Shown: positions 1 to 10,913 of the stretch, piece after piece
Numbering within the stretch: the first letter of the stretch is position 1
Layout: every line of letters begins with the position of its first letter
From: an uncultured cyanobacterium
Lineage (GTDB): Bacteria; Cyanobacteriota; Cyanobacteriia; Cyanobacteriales; Cyanobacteriaceae
Assembly: GCA_963710605.1 (NCBI GenBank)
Contig: CAVQBA010000004.1
Coordinates: forward strand, 1,344,001 to 1,408,000
DNA: 64,000 nucleotides
Direction: 5' to 3'
Notes under the pieces: generated by a model
What the model saw: the letters and a program-made list of their open reading frames with translations, nothing else
Database searches by the model: none
What the model was told of the DNA's origin: nothing
Translations under genes and position numbers: made by a program

Positions 1-57
1 TCTTACTCATTACTATGCAACTAATATTTGAAGAGATAATAATAGATTAATTAACAT

Positions 58-89
58 AAAAAAAGAAGGTAACTATGGCTTACCTTCTA
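58..89 (-). terminator. Rho-independent terminator of the psb35-like gene
   Basis: Minus strand AGAAGGTAA-gccatag-TTACCTTCT followed by a T run. Confidence 0.65.
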
Positions 90-138
90 ACTATTGTGTA
101 ATGTTGTAGTATTTATTGTTTAAGTAAAATTTGTCTAA

Positions 139-363
139 TTAATTATTCCTCGCTGTATCCTGAGGGTCAAAATAGTACGCAGGCACTCTTACTAAGTAAT
201 TAGTCTTATTACCTGTAAAAGTTCTTGCTAATAGATCAAAAGCACTAGAATTCCAATTACGTTCGTGAATTGTCTTCGTTTGCTCTCCTCTAAAGTATGC
301 TTGTGTACCGATTGCAGAAACTGCTAACCAGCCAATTATGAATAAAGAAATTAATAATAGCAT
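139..363 (-). CDS. psb35: Small single-TM protein, photosystem II assembly factor Psb35-like
   Basis: One N-terminal TM helix then IGTQAYFRGEQxKxIHERNW, recalled as the Psb35 family motif; ATG at 363 preferred over TTG at 372. Confidence 0.65.
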   Translation of the reverse strand: MLLLISLFIIGWLAVSAIGTQAYFRGEQTKTIHERNWNSSAFDLLARTFTGNKTNYLVRVPAYYFDPQDTARNN

Positions 364-596
364 TAAGTTCAAACTCCTTGTTTTGTTTGACTACTACTTA
401 AGATTAACAGTTGTAAACTTTTGTTACAAGTACTTGACACGCCTAAAATAGATGGTTAATACCACTTGACTAAAATGCAAATATATGATGGAGTAATTCT
501 CAGACTAATAATTAACGATCGATTATTTTTGCTTATTACTTAAGTCCGAAGGGCTTTGGTAAGGTATATTAAAAAAGTTATCTCAACCATATAACT

Positions 597-1364
597 ATGA
601 AATTAATCCAACTAGTTTCTTTATCATCACTATTTTGTCTTAGTGCAAGTATAATTTCACCAATTTATGCTCAGACAAGTACAACCGAAACTAATATTAG
701 TCAACAACAATTAGATCCCGAAGATAGATCTAAACAAAGTAAAAATTTATTAGTAGAAAGAAAAGCCATTCAGGCTTCTGAACTATTCTTTAATCAGAAT
801 TTTTTCAGATTCAAGCAAATGATTCATCCTGATATTCGTAATGAAGTTACGATCGAATTATTAAAACAAGAATATTCAGAAATAGTTTCAACTACTGGTG
901 CTTTTAAAAGAATTAAAGGGATTCAAGTTATTGATTCATTAGATACTGATATTGCAATTATAACGATACAGTTTGCTAATTTAACCGAAGATTGGACAAT
1001 TATTTTTGATGAGAAACAACAGATGTTAGGAACGGATTTTCTTGTTTCTCGTGGTATTAACGAGATTGCCCTAGAATTTATCGAGTCTTTGTCTGAAGGT
1101 AAATACGATTATGCTAGATCTTATTTACATCCTTTTTTGAAAGAACAAGTTTTTCCTCAAGATGTAAAATCAACATGGCAAAAAATGGAACAACAATACG
1201 GCAAATATCAAAAAATCGTTGATAGTAATATTCGAGTTGGTTCGTCTTTAGAAAAAGTTGATTTAGTTTTTGTCGATGTCGAATTTGGTAATGAAATTCA
1301 CAATATCTTATTTTCTTTCGATTGTAATAAAAAAATTACTAATGTAGATATATTTCAAAATTAA
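597..1364 (+). CDS. Exported protein with two DUF3887-like repeats
   Basis: Signal peptide; two similar halves (HPDIRNEV..L..EY..I...G.F / HPFLKEQV....W..M...YG.Y). Confidence 0.65.
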   Translation: MKLIQLVSLSSLFCLSASIISPIYAQTSTTETNISQQQLDPEDRSKQSKNLLVERKAIQASELFFNQNFFRFKQMIHPDIRNEVTIELLKQEYSEIVSTTGAFKRIKGIQVIDSLDTDIAIITIQFANLTEDWTIIFDEKQQMLGTDFLVSRGINEIALEFIESLSEGKYDYARSYLHPFLKEQVFPQDVKSTWQKMEQQYGKYQKIVDSNIRVGSSLEKVDLVFVDVEFGNEIHNILFSFDCNKKITNVDIFQN

Positions 1365-1555
1365 AGCTAATTACTAAAAGTAAGTAAAACCCCGTTAGTT
1401 GATTATTAATCTAATTACGGGAAGTTAATCTAAATGAGTAATTGTGTAGTGTAGATATTATTTATCAACAAAAAAAACAAAGACTTGTTTTCCTTAATTA
1501 ACGGAAAAAAGCAACTCTCAATTCTCTTACTGAACAACTCTCAATTCTTTATTCT

Positions 1556-2893
1556 ATGTCTTACGATTGGCTTGGATTATTAATGTTTGTCGGTGCATTA
1601 ATATTTTTATCGATTGGCTATCCTGTTGCTTTTTCTTTAGGAGGTGTTGCCCTAATTTTTGCCATTATCGGTAATATTTTGGGTATTTTTGAGCCAATTT
1701 TTTTTATGGCAATGCCTTCACGTATTTTTGGCATCATGTCTAACTATACCTTGCTAGCAATTCCTTATTTTATTTTTCTCGGCTCGATGTTAGAAACCAC
1801 AGGGATAGCCGAAAAACTTCTAGAAACAATGGGAATCCTTTTTGGTAGAGTTAGAGGTGGTTTGGCTTTAGCCGTTGTCATCGTTGGTGGATTACTCGCC
1901 GCTACCACAGGGGTTGTCGCCGCAACTGTCGTCGCAATGGGTATGATTTCTTTACCTATTATGCTTCGGTATGGTTATAACAAACAGTTAGCTACAGGTG
2001 TCATCGCCGCTAGTGGTACTTTGGGGCAAATCATACCTCCTAGTGTCGTGTTAGTTGTTTTAGCTGACCAATTAGGTATTCCTGTTGGAGACTTGTTTAT
2101 TGGCTCATTAATACCGGGATTGATGATGGCGGGTATTTTTTGTCTTCATGTTTTAATTGTGGCATGGCTAAAACCAGATGTTGCTCCTGCTTTACCTTTA
2201 GAAGTGAGAAATATCAAAGGTAAACAATTATGGGTTAGAGTCGCTAAAGCGATGATTCCTCCTTTATTATTGATTATGTTAGTTTTAGGGAGTATTTTCT
2301 TCGGTATTGCAACCCCTACAGAAGCAGGTGCGATTGGTTCTCTTGGTACAATTATATTGGCTGGTTTTAATGGTAATTTATCATGGCAAACATTACGTAA
2401 GGCTTGTTTAGCTACCATGACGATTACGACGATGGTAATCTTTATTTTATTAGGTTCGACGGCTTTTAGTTTAGTTTTTAAAGGTATTGGAGGCGATTGA
2501 TTTATTGCCGATATCTTAATTAATCTACCCGGTGGTCAATGGGGTTTTTTATTAGTTAATATGGTTTTAATTTTCTTTTTAGGCTTCTTTATTGACTTTT
2601 TTGAAATTGCTTTTATCGTCATTCCTGTTTTTGCTCCTGTAGCGGAAACTTTAGGTATCGATTTATTATGGTATGGAGTGATATTAGGTGCTAATTTGCA
2701 AACTTCTTTCCTTACTCCTCCTTTTGGTTTTGCATTATTTTATTTACGAGGTGTTGCACCAAAAGAAGTTAAAACTGAAGATATTTATAAAGGGGTAATA
2801 CCTTTTATTTTACTTCAATTGTTTGTTTTGCTTCTCATCATCGTTTTTCCCGCTTTAGTCAATTTTCTTCCTTCGTTATCGAGTAATTTTTAA
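1556..2893 (+). pseudogene. dctM: TRAP transporter large permease (DctM) interrupted by one in-frame TGA at 2498-2500
   Basis: Motifs LLAIPYF, GTLGQIIPPS, ATPTEA, SFLTPPFG; ORFs 1556..2500 and 2561..2893 share a frame and the 20 codons between them are open (FIADILINLPGGQWGFLLVN); may be a sequencing error. Confidence 0.85.
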
Positions 2894-2925
2894 TTAATTT
2901 ACCCTTTATCTTTCGTTATTAATTG

Positions 2926-3123
2926 TTAATTATTATTTGATTTAGGAAGATAGTTTTTGATTGAAGGCAAAAAATCATTAAGATTATTTTCGTAATTAGA
3001 AGCTAAAGCTAAACTTGCACCACCTAAAATATAAAAAGGAAGAGGGATAAAAAAGCTTTTTAACCAAATAATAAATTGTACTGAGACGAATAAAATAGCA
3101 ATACTCACTAGTAATACTCTCAT
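2926..3123 (-). CDS. Small cyanobacterial membrane protein, function unknown
   Basis: Two hydrophobic segments ending PLPFYILGGASLALASNY. Confidence 0.6.
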   Translation of the reverse strand: MRVLLVSIAILFVSVQFIIWLKSFFIPLPFYILGGASLALASNYENNLNDFLPSIKNYLPKSNNN

Positions 3124-3655
3124 TTGAATAACTCCATTAACATTAGCAAATAATAATCAAGATTGAAAAAAATTTAATTAATTAATACTATCATAGGCTA
3201 AACAATTAACAAGGATGATTAAGAAGAGGCTTTTGTCCTTTACTTTTTTAGTCGATGTAAATAATATTTTATCGATCGTATCCGTATTAAAATCAATCTA
3301 ACTTTTTACATTGAAAAAAATCTATTTCGTAATTGGTGACATTATCTATTGATTTGAAAACAAAGATTTGAAAACTCTTTTCGTGTAGTTAAACCGAGTT
3401 AAATCATCTTCACTTTTCAAACCATTATCTTTAATACAATTATTATTCATTGCATCATTAGCAACATTTTGTTGCCGAAGAAAAAATTTGATTCCTTCAG
3501 CCTAAAGTTATTATTGTTAAAAACAAACTCGCTGAGGATAGGTAAATTTATTACTCCTTAAACGTAATTACTCTAAGCAAAATAATTCGCTCAAAAATTT
3601 GAGTATCTATTTATATGTAGATACGATCGATTATTCTTGTCGTAGCTACCTAATT

Positions 3656-4270
3656 TTACTTATTTAAACGACAAACACCGAGCAAAATACCTTGTACTTC
3701 TACATGCTCAGGAGCGGCTGTAATCGGTTCATATTTAGCATTAGAAGGTTTTAGAGTAACTTGCTCTGGGCTAAAATAAATTCTTTTTAAAGTAGTGCCA
3801 CTACCTTCTACTCTAGCGGCTACAATATCTCCATCTTTTGTTTGTTGGATAGAAGTAATTTGTTGCATGACTACATAATCACCCTCGGTGATATGATCTT
3901 CAATCATACTATCTCCAATTACTTGTAAAGTATAACAATCGGGAAGATTGAAAAAAGTCCCAAAATCAATTTTTTCTTGCTCATCACGAAAAGGTTCAAC
4001 TAAACCACCTGCGGTTATTTTACCTAATAAAGGTATTCCTTCACCATGAGGCTTTAAAATTTTAAGAGTACGTGCTTGTCCTTCTGTCCAATCAATATAC
4101 CCCTTATTACGCATTTTTTCCAAACGACTTTGAATTGGTGCAGGAGAGCGTAGTTTCATCGCTTTCATCATCTCTCGAATTGAGGGTGAATGCCTATTTG
4201 TATTAATATACTGTATCAGCCAGTCATACAATTCTTTTTGGACGGGTGTTAAACTTTCCATAATTTTCAT
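3656..4270 (-). CDS. lexA: SOS repressor LexA
   Basis: N-terminal wHTH (SPSIREM), Ala-Gly cleavage site (ITAGG), catalytic Ser (GDSM) and Lys (TLKR) all present. Confidence 0.95.
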   Translation of the reverse strand: MKIMESLTPVQKELYDWLIQYINTNRHSPSIREMMKAMKLRSPAPIQSRLEKMRNKGYIDWTEGQARTLKILKPHGEGIPLLGKITAGGLVEPFRDEQEKIDFGTFFNLPDCYTLQVIGDSMIEDHITEGDYVVMQQITSIQQTKDGDIVAARVEGSGTTLKRIYFSPEQVTLKPSNAKYEPITAAPEHVEVQGILLGVCRLNK

Positions 4271-4313
4271 TTTCTTTCCTTTAATTCTTGGTTTTATTTA
4301 TTCTAACTTATTT

Positions 4314-4329
4314 TAGTACAAACGTCCTA
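4314..4329. promoter_or_regulatory. Cyanobacterial LexA box upstream of lexA
   Basis: TAGTAC-AAAC-GTCCTA, close to the AGTAC-N4-GTWCT cyanobacterial SOS box, ~45 bp before the lexA start. Confidence 0.65.
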
Positions 4330-4594
4330 AATAAATTAAGATATTTGTAGTTTTTATTAACAAATGATAATAACAATGTCTTAATTACATGATGGTATAA
4401 GACTCTGACAAAATTGATGATTATACTTAAAGTTACTGATTAAAAATAAGTATTTGTTAAAAAACTTTTACTTTTTTTAGTTTAAGTTAATAAAGTTTCT
4501 CAAATCAGAAAAATTATTACATAATACTTTTTTTCTCACCTCTTTATAATCATTTGTAACTACTTTACTAATATAAAGATACTTTATTTTACAG

Positions 4595-5920
4595 CTAATA
4601 ATTACTTTTTAGGATAATTTTTCCCTGTTTATTACGAGGTATCTTCTTAATTGGATACCATTTTTTAGGTATTTTATGTTTACTAATAGTTTCATTTAAT
4701 TTACTTTTTATTTGTTCGATCGTAATTAAGTCGTTTTTCGGTGTATAAAAAGCGATAATAATTTGTCCCCAATAACGATCGTTTTCGCCCGTCACATAAA
4801 CATCCTCAACCAATTGAGTTTGAAAAATTGCTTTTTCTACTTCTAAAGGATAAACATTCTCGCCACCTGTAATAATGACATGACTCTTTCTACCTAAAAC
4901 GTGTAAATTTTGTTGCTTGTCAAAATAGCCAATGTCATCAGTAATAAATATTTGGTTAATTTGTCTTTGAGGATAATAACCTTGGAATAAGGACTTAGAT
5001 TTAATTTTGATTATACCTTCACCTTCACATTCTGAAGTAATTAATACTTGAGCATGAGGCAGAATTTCACCACTACTATAATTATTAGTAGATAGTTTTT
5101 CAGATTTGAGTAAACTAATCCCCGAAGCGGTTTCTGTCATTCCGTAAGTTAAGGCAATAGGTATCTTGTATTTTTGAGCTAAAATTATTTGTTGAAGATG
5201 AATAGCCGCACCACCGACCAAAATTGTTTTAAATTTAGTTAGTAATAAAGGATTTTTGTCTAAAAAAAATTGTAGTTGAGTTGGCACAAAAGAAATAAAA
5301 TAGTCTTGATAATTATCATTGATTAATAGATTATTTTTCAACTCCTGAAACGAAGTAACGATTAGTTTTCCTTGACTAAGTAAACTACGAATAATCGGCA
5401 GTAAACCACTAACATGATACAAAGGCAAGCATGAATAAAAATTCAGAGGTATTTGACCAAAAAAGTGGTAAAAACCTTGAGCTGAAGCGGTTAAAGTTTG
5501 CCATGTATGAATTGCAAATTTAATTTTACCTGATGTGCCTCCTGTGGGTATCATAATTCCTGTAAAGCTAGGAGAATTATTTTTATCTTCATTCAAGCTA
5601 AATTGATACTCTAGTTTACCAAAGATAAGATCGGCAATCACTATTTGCTCTATTTGTTGCCATTCGTATTTTTTCCAATCAGGATTAATTAAAAATAAAC
5701 AAGCTTGATTGATTACACTTGCAAAAAAAGCAGGTAAAAATCGATCGATTTCTTTCTCAATTAAAAAAACGATCGGTATTCGATTATGTTTTTGTTTGTA
5801 TTGATTAATTTGTGTTTGATAATTATTAAATAATTGCCAAAAACTATTCTCACTAACATTAGCTAAATTACCTGAATTTATACTAAATTCTAATAAAGAT
5901 AAAATATTCTCTATCATCAA
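4595..5920 (-). CDS. menE: O-succinylbenzoate-CoA ligase
   Basis: Adenylate-forming motifs TGGTSGKIK, PLYHVSG, TYGMTET, TDDIG, ITGGENVYP, C-terminal GK. Confidence 0.85.
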   Translation of the reverse strand: MMIENILSLLEFSINSGNLANVSENSFWQLFNNYQTQINQYKQKHNRIPIVFLIEKEIDRFLPAFFASVINQACLFLINPDWKKYEWQQIEQIVIADLIFGKLEYQFSLNEDKNNSPSFTGIMIPTGGTSGKIKFAIHTWQTLTASAQGFYHFFGQIPLNFYSCLPLYHVSGLLPIIRSLLSQGKLIVTSFQELKNNLLINDNYQDYFISFVPTQLQFFLDKNPLLLTKFKTILVGGAAIHLQQIILAQKYKIPIALTYGMTETASGISLLKSEKLSTNNYSSGEILPHAQVLITSECEGEGIIKIKSKSLFQGYYPQRQINQIFITDDIGYFDKQQNLHVLGRKSHVIITGGENVYPLEVEKAIFQTQLVEDVYVTGENDRYWGQIIIAFYTPKNDLITIEQIKSKLNETISKHKIPKKWYPIKKIPRNKQGKIILKSNY

Positions 5921-6004
5921 ATATACCTATCTAATAATCACAATTCTCGTAGTCTTAACTTTGTTCATAGAATATAACAATTATTAATTATTAATTATTA
6001 ATTA

Positions 6005-6886
6005 TTAATTAGTATCTAATGCTTTAACATAATCGATCGCCGCTTCTAATTTAGAAGGATAAGACAAAGCAAATTCTTCAAACCAAAAACCCTCGTCCGA
6101 TAAGGGGTCTAAGGTTTTCAACCAAGTTTGAGCTTTGGAAGTTAGTTGTTTTATTTGTCTTTGTTTATTTAATTCTTCTTGTCGAATATCATCTAAATTG
6201 TGATTAGTTTTTTGAGCTTGAACAGTTTTAGTTTTACGTTCAGTATGTTTGAGTATCTGTTTAATAGAATTATCAACGATCGAGGGGACTTGTGAATCTG
6301 ATTTTAAAGATTTTTTTTGCTGTTTAAATTTATTTTCAATTTCAGATAACGATGAAGATGATGCGACATTCCCTAAATTAGAAGCAGTTTGTTTTTGTTT
6401 ATTTTGTTTAAATTTATTTTCGATTTCAGATAACGATGAAGATGATGCGATATTCTCTGAATTAGAAGTAGTTTGTTTTTGTTTATTTTGTTTAAACTTA
6501 TTTTCGATTTCAGATAACGATGAAGATGATGCGATATTTCCTGAATTAGAAGTAGTTTCTTTTTGTTTATTTTGTTTAAATTTATTTTCAATTTCAGATA
6601 ACGATGAAGATGGTGTTACATTCTCTGAATTAGAAGTAGTTTGATTTGATTGATAGTTATTAGTTAATTCGCTAAATAAATCATCAGTTTGTACAGGTTT
6701 AGTTGGCTTTTTTTTCTCTGTTTCTAATCGGGAAAAATAAGCATCGATATTATTTTTATTAGAATTCATCACAGAAGAATTATTTATTGAGTTAGAATTA
6801 GAAGTAGGTTGTTGATTATTTAATTTTTTTTGTTTTTCCTGATGTTCATTAACTACTTGTTCAAGAAAATCATCAATATTACCCAT
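6005..6886 (-). CDS. Slr1339-family (salt stress-associated) protein with internal tandem repeats
   Basis: C-terminus AQTWLKTLDPLSDEGFWFEEFALSYPSKLEAAIDY; start MGNIDDFL at 6886 preferred. Confidence 0.7.
   Translation of the reverse strand: MGNIDDFLEQVVNEHQEKQKKLNNQQPTSNSNSINNSSVMNSNKNNIDAYFSRLETEKKKPTKPVQTDDLFSELTNNYQSNQTTSNSENVTPSSSLSEIENKFKQNKQKETTSNSGNIASSSSLSEIENKFKQNKQKQTTSNSENIASSSSLSEIENKFKQNKQKQTASNLGNVASSSSLSEIENKFKQQKKSLKSDSQVPSIVDNSIKQILKHTERKTKTVQAQKTNHNLDDIRQEELNKQRQIKQLTSKAQTWLKTLDPLSDEGFWFEEFALSYPSKLEAAIDYVKALDTN
6321..6641. repeat. About four tandem copies of an 84-bp coding repeat (28 aa)
   Basis: TTCAGATAACGATGAAGATG at 6341, 6425, 6509 and 6593; encodes SSSLSEIENKFKQNKQK.T.SN..N.A. 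Confidence 0.95.
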
Positions 6887-6971
6887 GACAATAATAGTAA
6901 TAGTATCTAGCGTGAACGATCGAACAGTGAACAGATTAAGAGTCAAAAATTAATCTTCTGACAATCCTGTC

Positions 6972-8311
6972 GTGAACTACCCCACCCTATAGAGGGATGG
7001 GGCTTCTAACTTCATTGGGGATTGCGTCTGACAAAACCGAAATTTTACCAGTCCGTCTTACATCCTCTCCATTAGCAGTATCGCTGGTTCCCAACGATAA
7101 TATCCGTAAGGCTTCATTTCTGATGTTTATTGATGCGTTTATGTCACGATCATGGTTAGTTTGACAATGTTCACAAGTCCAACTTCTAATATCAAGTGGT
7201 AAACTTCCCACTTGGTTTAGACAGACATTACAAGTCTTCGAACTTGGGAAAAATCTACCAACTTCGATGTAAGTTTTTCCGTCATTTTCCGACTTGTATT
7301 TAAGCATTGTACAGAACATTCCCCACCCACAATCACTAATAGCTTTAGCTAAATTGTGGTTTCTCACCATGCCTTTGACATTAAGATTTTCTACAGCAAT
7401 AACTTGGTTTTCGTTGACTATCTTACGGGATAGTTTGTGCAAAAAATCCTCACGACAGCGAGAGATTCTCGAGTGGACTTTGGCTACTTTATTTTTCGCT
7501 TTTTGTCTGGTTTTACTCCCTTTTTGTTGACGAGAAAGCTTTTGTTGTTTACGCTTCAAGTTTCGTCTGTGCTTAGCAAAATGCCTAGGATTATCATATT
7601 TTGAATTGTTAGACGTTACACAAAAATGAGTTAACCCTAAATCAATTCCTATTGCCTTACCATCAGTTGATGATTTTCTACCTTCAAAACCATCGTCAAC
7701 TAAGACACAAGCGTAATACTTACCATCGGGATTTTTTGAAATGGTAACTGTCTTAATAGTCCCTTCAAAATCTCGATGACGAACACAATAAACTAAACCA
7801 ACTTTTCCAGGTAATTTGAGATAATCAACTTCAAATTTGACATTAGCAGGATAACTAATTGATTGCCTACCATGTTTTGATTTGAACCTGGGAAATCTAG
7901 CTCGTTTATCAAAGAAGTTTTTGTAAGCAGTTGATAGGTTTAAGGCAACAACCTGTAAGCACTGGGAATAAGCGTCAGTCAACCAAGGATATTCTTTTTT
8001 AAGTCTTGGTAGTAATCCTTGGATTACTTTTCTACTTAGTCCTTTTCCTGTTGCTTTATAAGTTTCTTGGCACAAATTCAGGCTATAATTCCAATACCAT
8101 CTACAACATCCGAAGCTTTTGGCTAGGGCTATTTCTTGCTCGGTATTTGGATAGATTCTGTATTTGTACGCTTTATACATTATCGGGATTAGATAACGAT
8201 CGATAAAAGTATAGCACAACATTCTAGAATGTTGAGGCTTCGCCGCTTTTTTGTTAGTCGGGCATTCATCCCTAACCTGTAGAGGATAAGGGAATTGTGC
8301 CCGACATTTCG
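6972..8311 (-). mobile_element. IS200/IS605-family element, tnpB-only (IS1341-like)
   Basis: Left-end hairpin GTCGGGCA..CCT-CTAC-AGG..TGCCCGAC (8257-8305) preceded by TTAA; right-end hairpin CCCCATCCCT-CTAT-AGGGTGGGG then GTAGTTCAC ending at 6972; no tnpA. Confidence 0.85.
6987..8180 (-). CDS. tnpB: RNA-guided endonuclease TnpB
   Basis: KAYKYRIYP N-terminus, RuvC residues GIDLG / AVENL / DRDINAS, Zn finger CNVC..CEHC; start MYKAYKY at 8180. Confidence 0.95.
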   Translation of the reverse strand: MYKAYKYRIYPNTEQEIALAKSFGCCRWYWNYSLNLCQETYKATGKGLSRKVIQGLLPRLKKEYPWLTDAYSQCLQVVALNLSTAYKNFFDKRARFPRFKSKHGRQSISYPANVKFEVDYLKLPGKVGLVYCVRHRDFEGTIKTVTISKNPDGKYYACVLVDDGFEGRKSSTDGKAIGIDLGLTHFCVTSNNSKYDNPRHFAKHRRNLKRKQQKLSRQQKGSKTRQKAKNKVAKVHSRISRCREDFLHKLSRKIVNENQVIAVENLNVKGMVRNHNLAKAISDCGWGMFCTMLKYKSENDGKTYIEVGRFFPSSKTCNVCLNQVGSLPLDIRSWTCEHCQTNHDRDINASINIRNEALRILSLGTSDTANGEDVRRTGKISVLSDAIPNEVRSPIPL

Positions 8312-8567
8312 TTAAAATAATTAATTACCAACTATTGTCTAAATGACCACAAGTCTTATGACAGTCGTATTTAGCATAAATCTTGTTTTTGTTTTATTAT
8401 GACATAAATTTTGGCATTCATTTTAACGATCGCTTTTACCGATAAATAAAATAAAGAGTAGATTCTGAGAAAATTATTGAGGATGCGAATCTAGACAAGA
8501 TACAATAGTTTTAGGCTTTCTTTACTCAATAACTATAAATATAGTTTGTCATTAAAATTAGAATTAT

Positions 8568-8609
8568 GTTAAGTTTAGTTAAGAAGCAATTGTTAATTTA
8601 CGTAAACAA
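8568..8609 (+). promoter_or_regulatory. Two HLR1-like (RpaB) direct-repeat pairs upstream of ftsH2
   Basis: GTTAAGTT-TA-GTTAAGAA and GTTAATTT-AC-GTAAACAA, octamer pairs spaced by 2 nt. Confidence 0.5.
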
Positions 8610-8764
8610 ACGATTATAGACAAAAATAAACGATCGTCAAAATGAAGCCCTACTCAAGATAAAGTCTTGAAGGGAGTTAGCAAATATCTTAGCAAACAGA
8701 TAATTAAGCGAACACAGACGCTCATAAATTAAATTTGTTTTATTAATAAATAAAAAGAAAAAAT

Positions 8765-10648
8765 ATGAAATCATCTTGGCGAACAGCCTTATTGTGGGCA
8801 GTACCACTTTTAGTAGTTGGATTTTTCATCTGGCAAGGAAGTTTTGCGAGTAATGTAACTCCTAGCAATAACAATACAGCTAGTACTCGTATGACTTATG
8901 GTCGATTTTTAGAGTATCTAGATAAAGGTAGAGTCGGTAGTGTTGATTTATACGAAAATGGACGTACCGCAATCGTTGAAGCGATCAATCCAGAATTAGG
9001 TCAAGTACAAAGATTAAGAGTTGATTTACCCGGTGCTTCACCTGAATTAATCAGTAAATTAAGAGCCGCTGATGTTAACTTCGACACTCACCCAATGCGT
9101 AGCGAAGGTGCTGTTTGGGGTATCTTAGGCAACTTAGTCTTCCCAGTCTTACTTATCGCCTCTTTATTCTTCCTCTTCCGTCGCTCTAGCAATATGCCAG
9201 GTGGCCCGGGGCAAGCAATGAATTTTGGTAAATCCAAAGCACGTTTCATGATGGAAGCCAAAACAGGTATCATGTTCGATGATGTTGCCGGTATTGATGA
9301 AGCTAAAGAAGAATTAGAAGAAGTTGTTACCTTCCTTAAGCAACCTGAAAAATTCACCGCAGTTGGTGCCAGAATCCCTAAAGGTGTCTTGTTAGTCGGT
9401 CCTCCCGGAACTGGTAAAACATTACTAGCTAAAGCGATCGCTGGTGAAGCTGGTGTTCCTTTTTTCAGTATCTCTGGTTCTGAATTTGTTGAGATGTTTG
9501 TCGGTGTTGGTGCATCTCGTGTCCGTGACTTATTTAAAAAAGCGAAAGAAAACGCTCCTTGTTTAATCTTCATCGATGAGATTGACGCAGTAGGGCGTCA
9601 ACGTGGTGCAGGTATTGGTGGTGGTAATGATGAAAGAGAACAAACCCTAAACCAATTACTCACCGAAATGGATGGTTTTGAAGGTAATACAGGTATTATC
9701 GTCATCGCCGCTACTAACCGTGCAGATGTACTTGATAGTGCGTTGATGCGTCCCGGACGTTTCGATCGTCAAGTAATGGTCGATCCACCCGATCTTAAAG
9801 GTCGTGTTGGTGTCTTAGAAGTACACGCTCGTAACAAGAAAATTTCCTCTGATATTTCCATCGAAACTATTGCTCGTCGTACCCCCGGATTTAGTGGTGC
9901 AGATTTAGCTAACTTACTCAACGAAGCGGCTATTTTAACTGCTCGTCGTCGTAAATCCGAAATTACCATGCTCGAAATTGATGCGGCAATCGATCGTGTT
10001 ATCGCTGGTATGGAAGGTACTCCTTTAGTCGATAGCAAAAGTAAACGTCTAATTGCTTATCATGAAGTTGGTCACGCAATCATCGGTACATTACTAAAAG
10101 ACCACGATCCCGTGCAAAAAGTAACCTTAATTCCTCGCGGACAAGCACAAGGGCTTACTTGGTTTACTCCTAACGAAGAACAAGGTTTGACAACTAAAGC
10201 TCAGTTAATGGCAAGAATTGCTGGAGCGATGGGCGGACGTGCGGCTGAAGAAGAGATTTTCGGTCATGATGAAGTAACCACGGGTGCGGGTGGAGATTTA
10301 CAACAAGTTACAGGAATGGCACGTCAGATGGTAACTCGTTTTGGGATGAGTGATATGGGACCGATGTCTTTAGAAGGGCAAGGCGGAGAAGTATTCCTCG
10401 GTGGCGGTGCGATGAATCGTGCTGAATATTCAGAAGAAAGTGCTTCTCGTATTGATGCTCAAGTGCAAGAAATTGCTGAGCATGGTCATCAATTAGCTCG
10501 TACAATCGTCCGTGAAAACCGTCAAGTAATCGATCGTTTAGTTGATCTATTAATTGAAAAAGAAACAATGGATGGTGAAGAATTCCGTCAGATTGTAGCT
10601 GAATATACTGAAGTTCCTGAAAAAGAACAATTTGCACCTCAGTTTTAA
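8765..10648 (+). CDS. ftsH2: ATP-dependent zinc metalloprotease FtsH, PSII-repair FtsH2 type
   Basis: Walker [12 protein letters not shown] region, HEVGH zinc motif; N-terminus [19 protein letters not shown] typical of FtsH2. Confidence 0.92.
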   Translation: MKSSWRTALLWAVPLLVVGFFIWQGSFASNVTPSNNNTASTRMTYGRFLEYLDKGRVGSVDLYENGRTAIVEAINPELGQVQRLRVDLPGASPELISKLRAADVNFDTHPMRSEGAVWGILGNLVFPVLLIASLFFLFRRSSNMPGGPGQAMNFGKSKARFMMEAKTGIMFDDVAGIDEAKEELEEVVTFLKQPEKFTAVGARIPKGVLLVGPPGTGKTLLAKAIAGEAGVPFFSISGSEFVEMFVGVGASRVRDLFKKAKENAPCLIFIDEIDAVGRQRGAGIGGGNDEREQTLNQLLTEMDGFEGNTGIIVIAATNRADVLDSALMRPGRFDRQVMVDPPDLKGRVGVLEVHARNKKISSDISIETIARRTPGFSGADLANLLNEAAILTARRRKSEITMLEIDAAIDRVIAGMEGTPLVDSKSKRLIAYHEVGHAIIGTLLKDHDPVQKVTLIPRGQAQGLTWFTPNEEQGLTTKAQLMARIAGAMGGRAAEEEIFGHDEVTTGAGGDLQQVTGMARQMVTRFGMSDMGPMSLEGQGGEVFLGGGAMNRAEYSEESASRIDAQVQEIAEHGHQLARTIVRENRQVIDRLVDLLIEKETMDGEEFRQIVAEYTEVPEKEQFAPQF

Positions 10649-10913
10649 ATAATCAGAGTAAGGACTAAACTCCTTCTTTCTACACCATATACATATAGCA
10701 AGTAATCAATTTGCTTTTGAGGTTCAACTACCCCCAGATGTCCTCATTTACTCGGTTACTGCTATATATTACACAAGAGGTAAGATTAGTCTTGCCTCTT
10801 TTTTTAGGTAAAATTAATAGTACAATAATTATTTCCCTATTTTCAATAAAATCAACTTATTTTGACCAGAATAGATTACTCCTAATATATAGTTCTTAAA
10901 AAGACATAAATCT

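Noticed and set aside
412-428. NtcA site upstream of psb35 (TGTAAACTTTTGTTACA)
   Set aside because: Spacing is GTA-N9-TAC, not N8; it could be HLR1-like but support is too weak
2498-2500. Selenocysteine or programmed readthrough at the dctM TGA
   Set aside because: Loop position with no Cys-type role and no evident SECIS hairpin; a CGA-to-TGA change or error is simpler
3124-3655. Possible small gene between the 65-aa ORF and lexA
   Set aside because: On the minus strand only a ~34-codon ORF without recognisable similarity was found; not supportable
6321-6641. 84-bp periodic repeat as a CRISPR array near a Cas12-like gene
   Set aside because: Units are contiguous with no unique spacers, keep frame inside a protein, and the neighbour is an ordinary TnpB with IS ends
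9088-10899. ORFs 9088..9573, 9769..10038, 10308..10637 and 10711..10899
   Set aside because: Antisense shadows of ftsH2 or a short TTG-start ORF with no recognisable features
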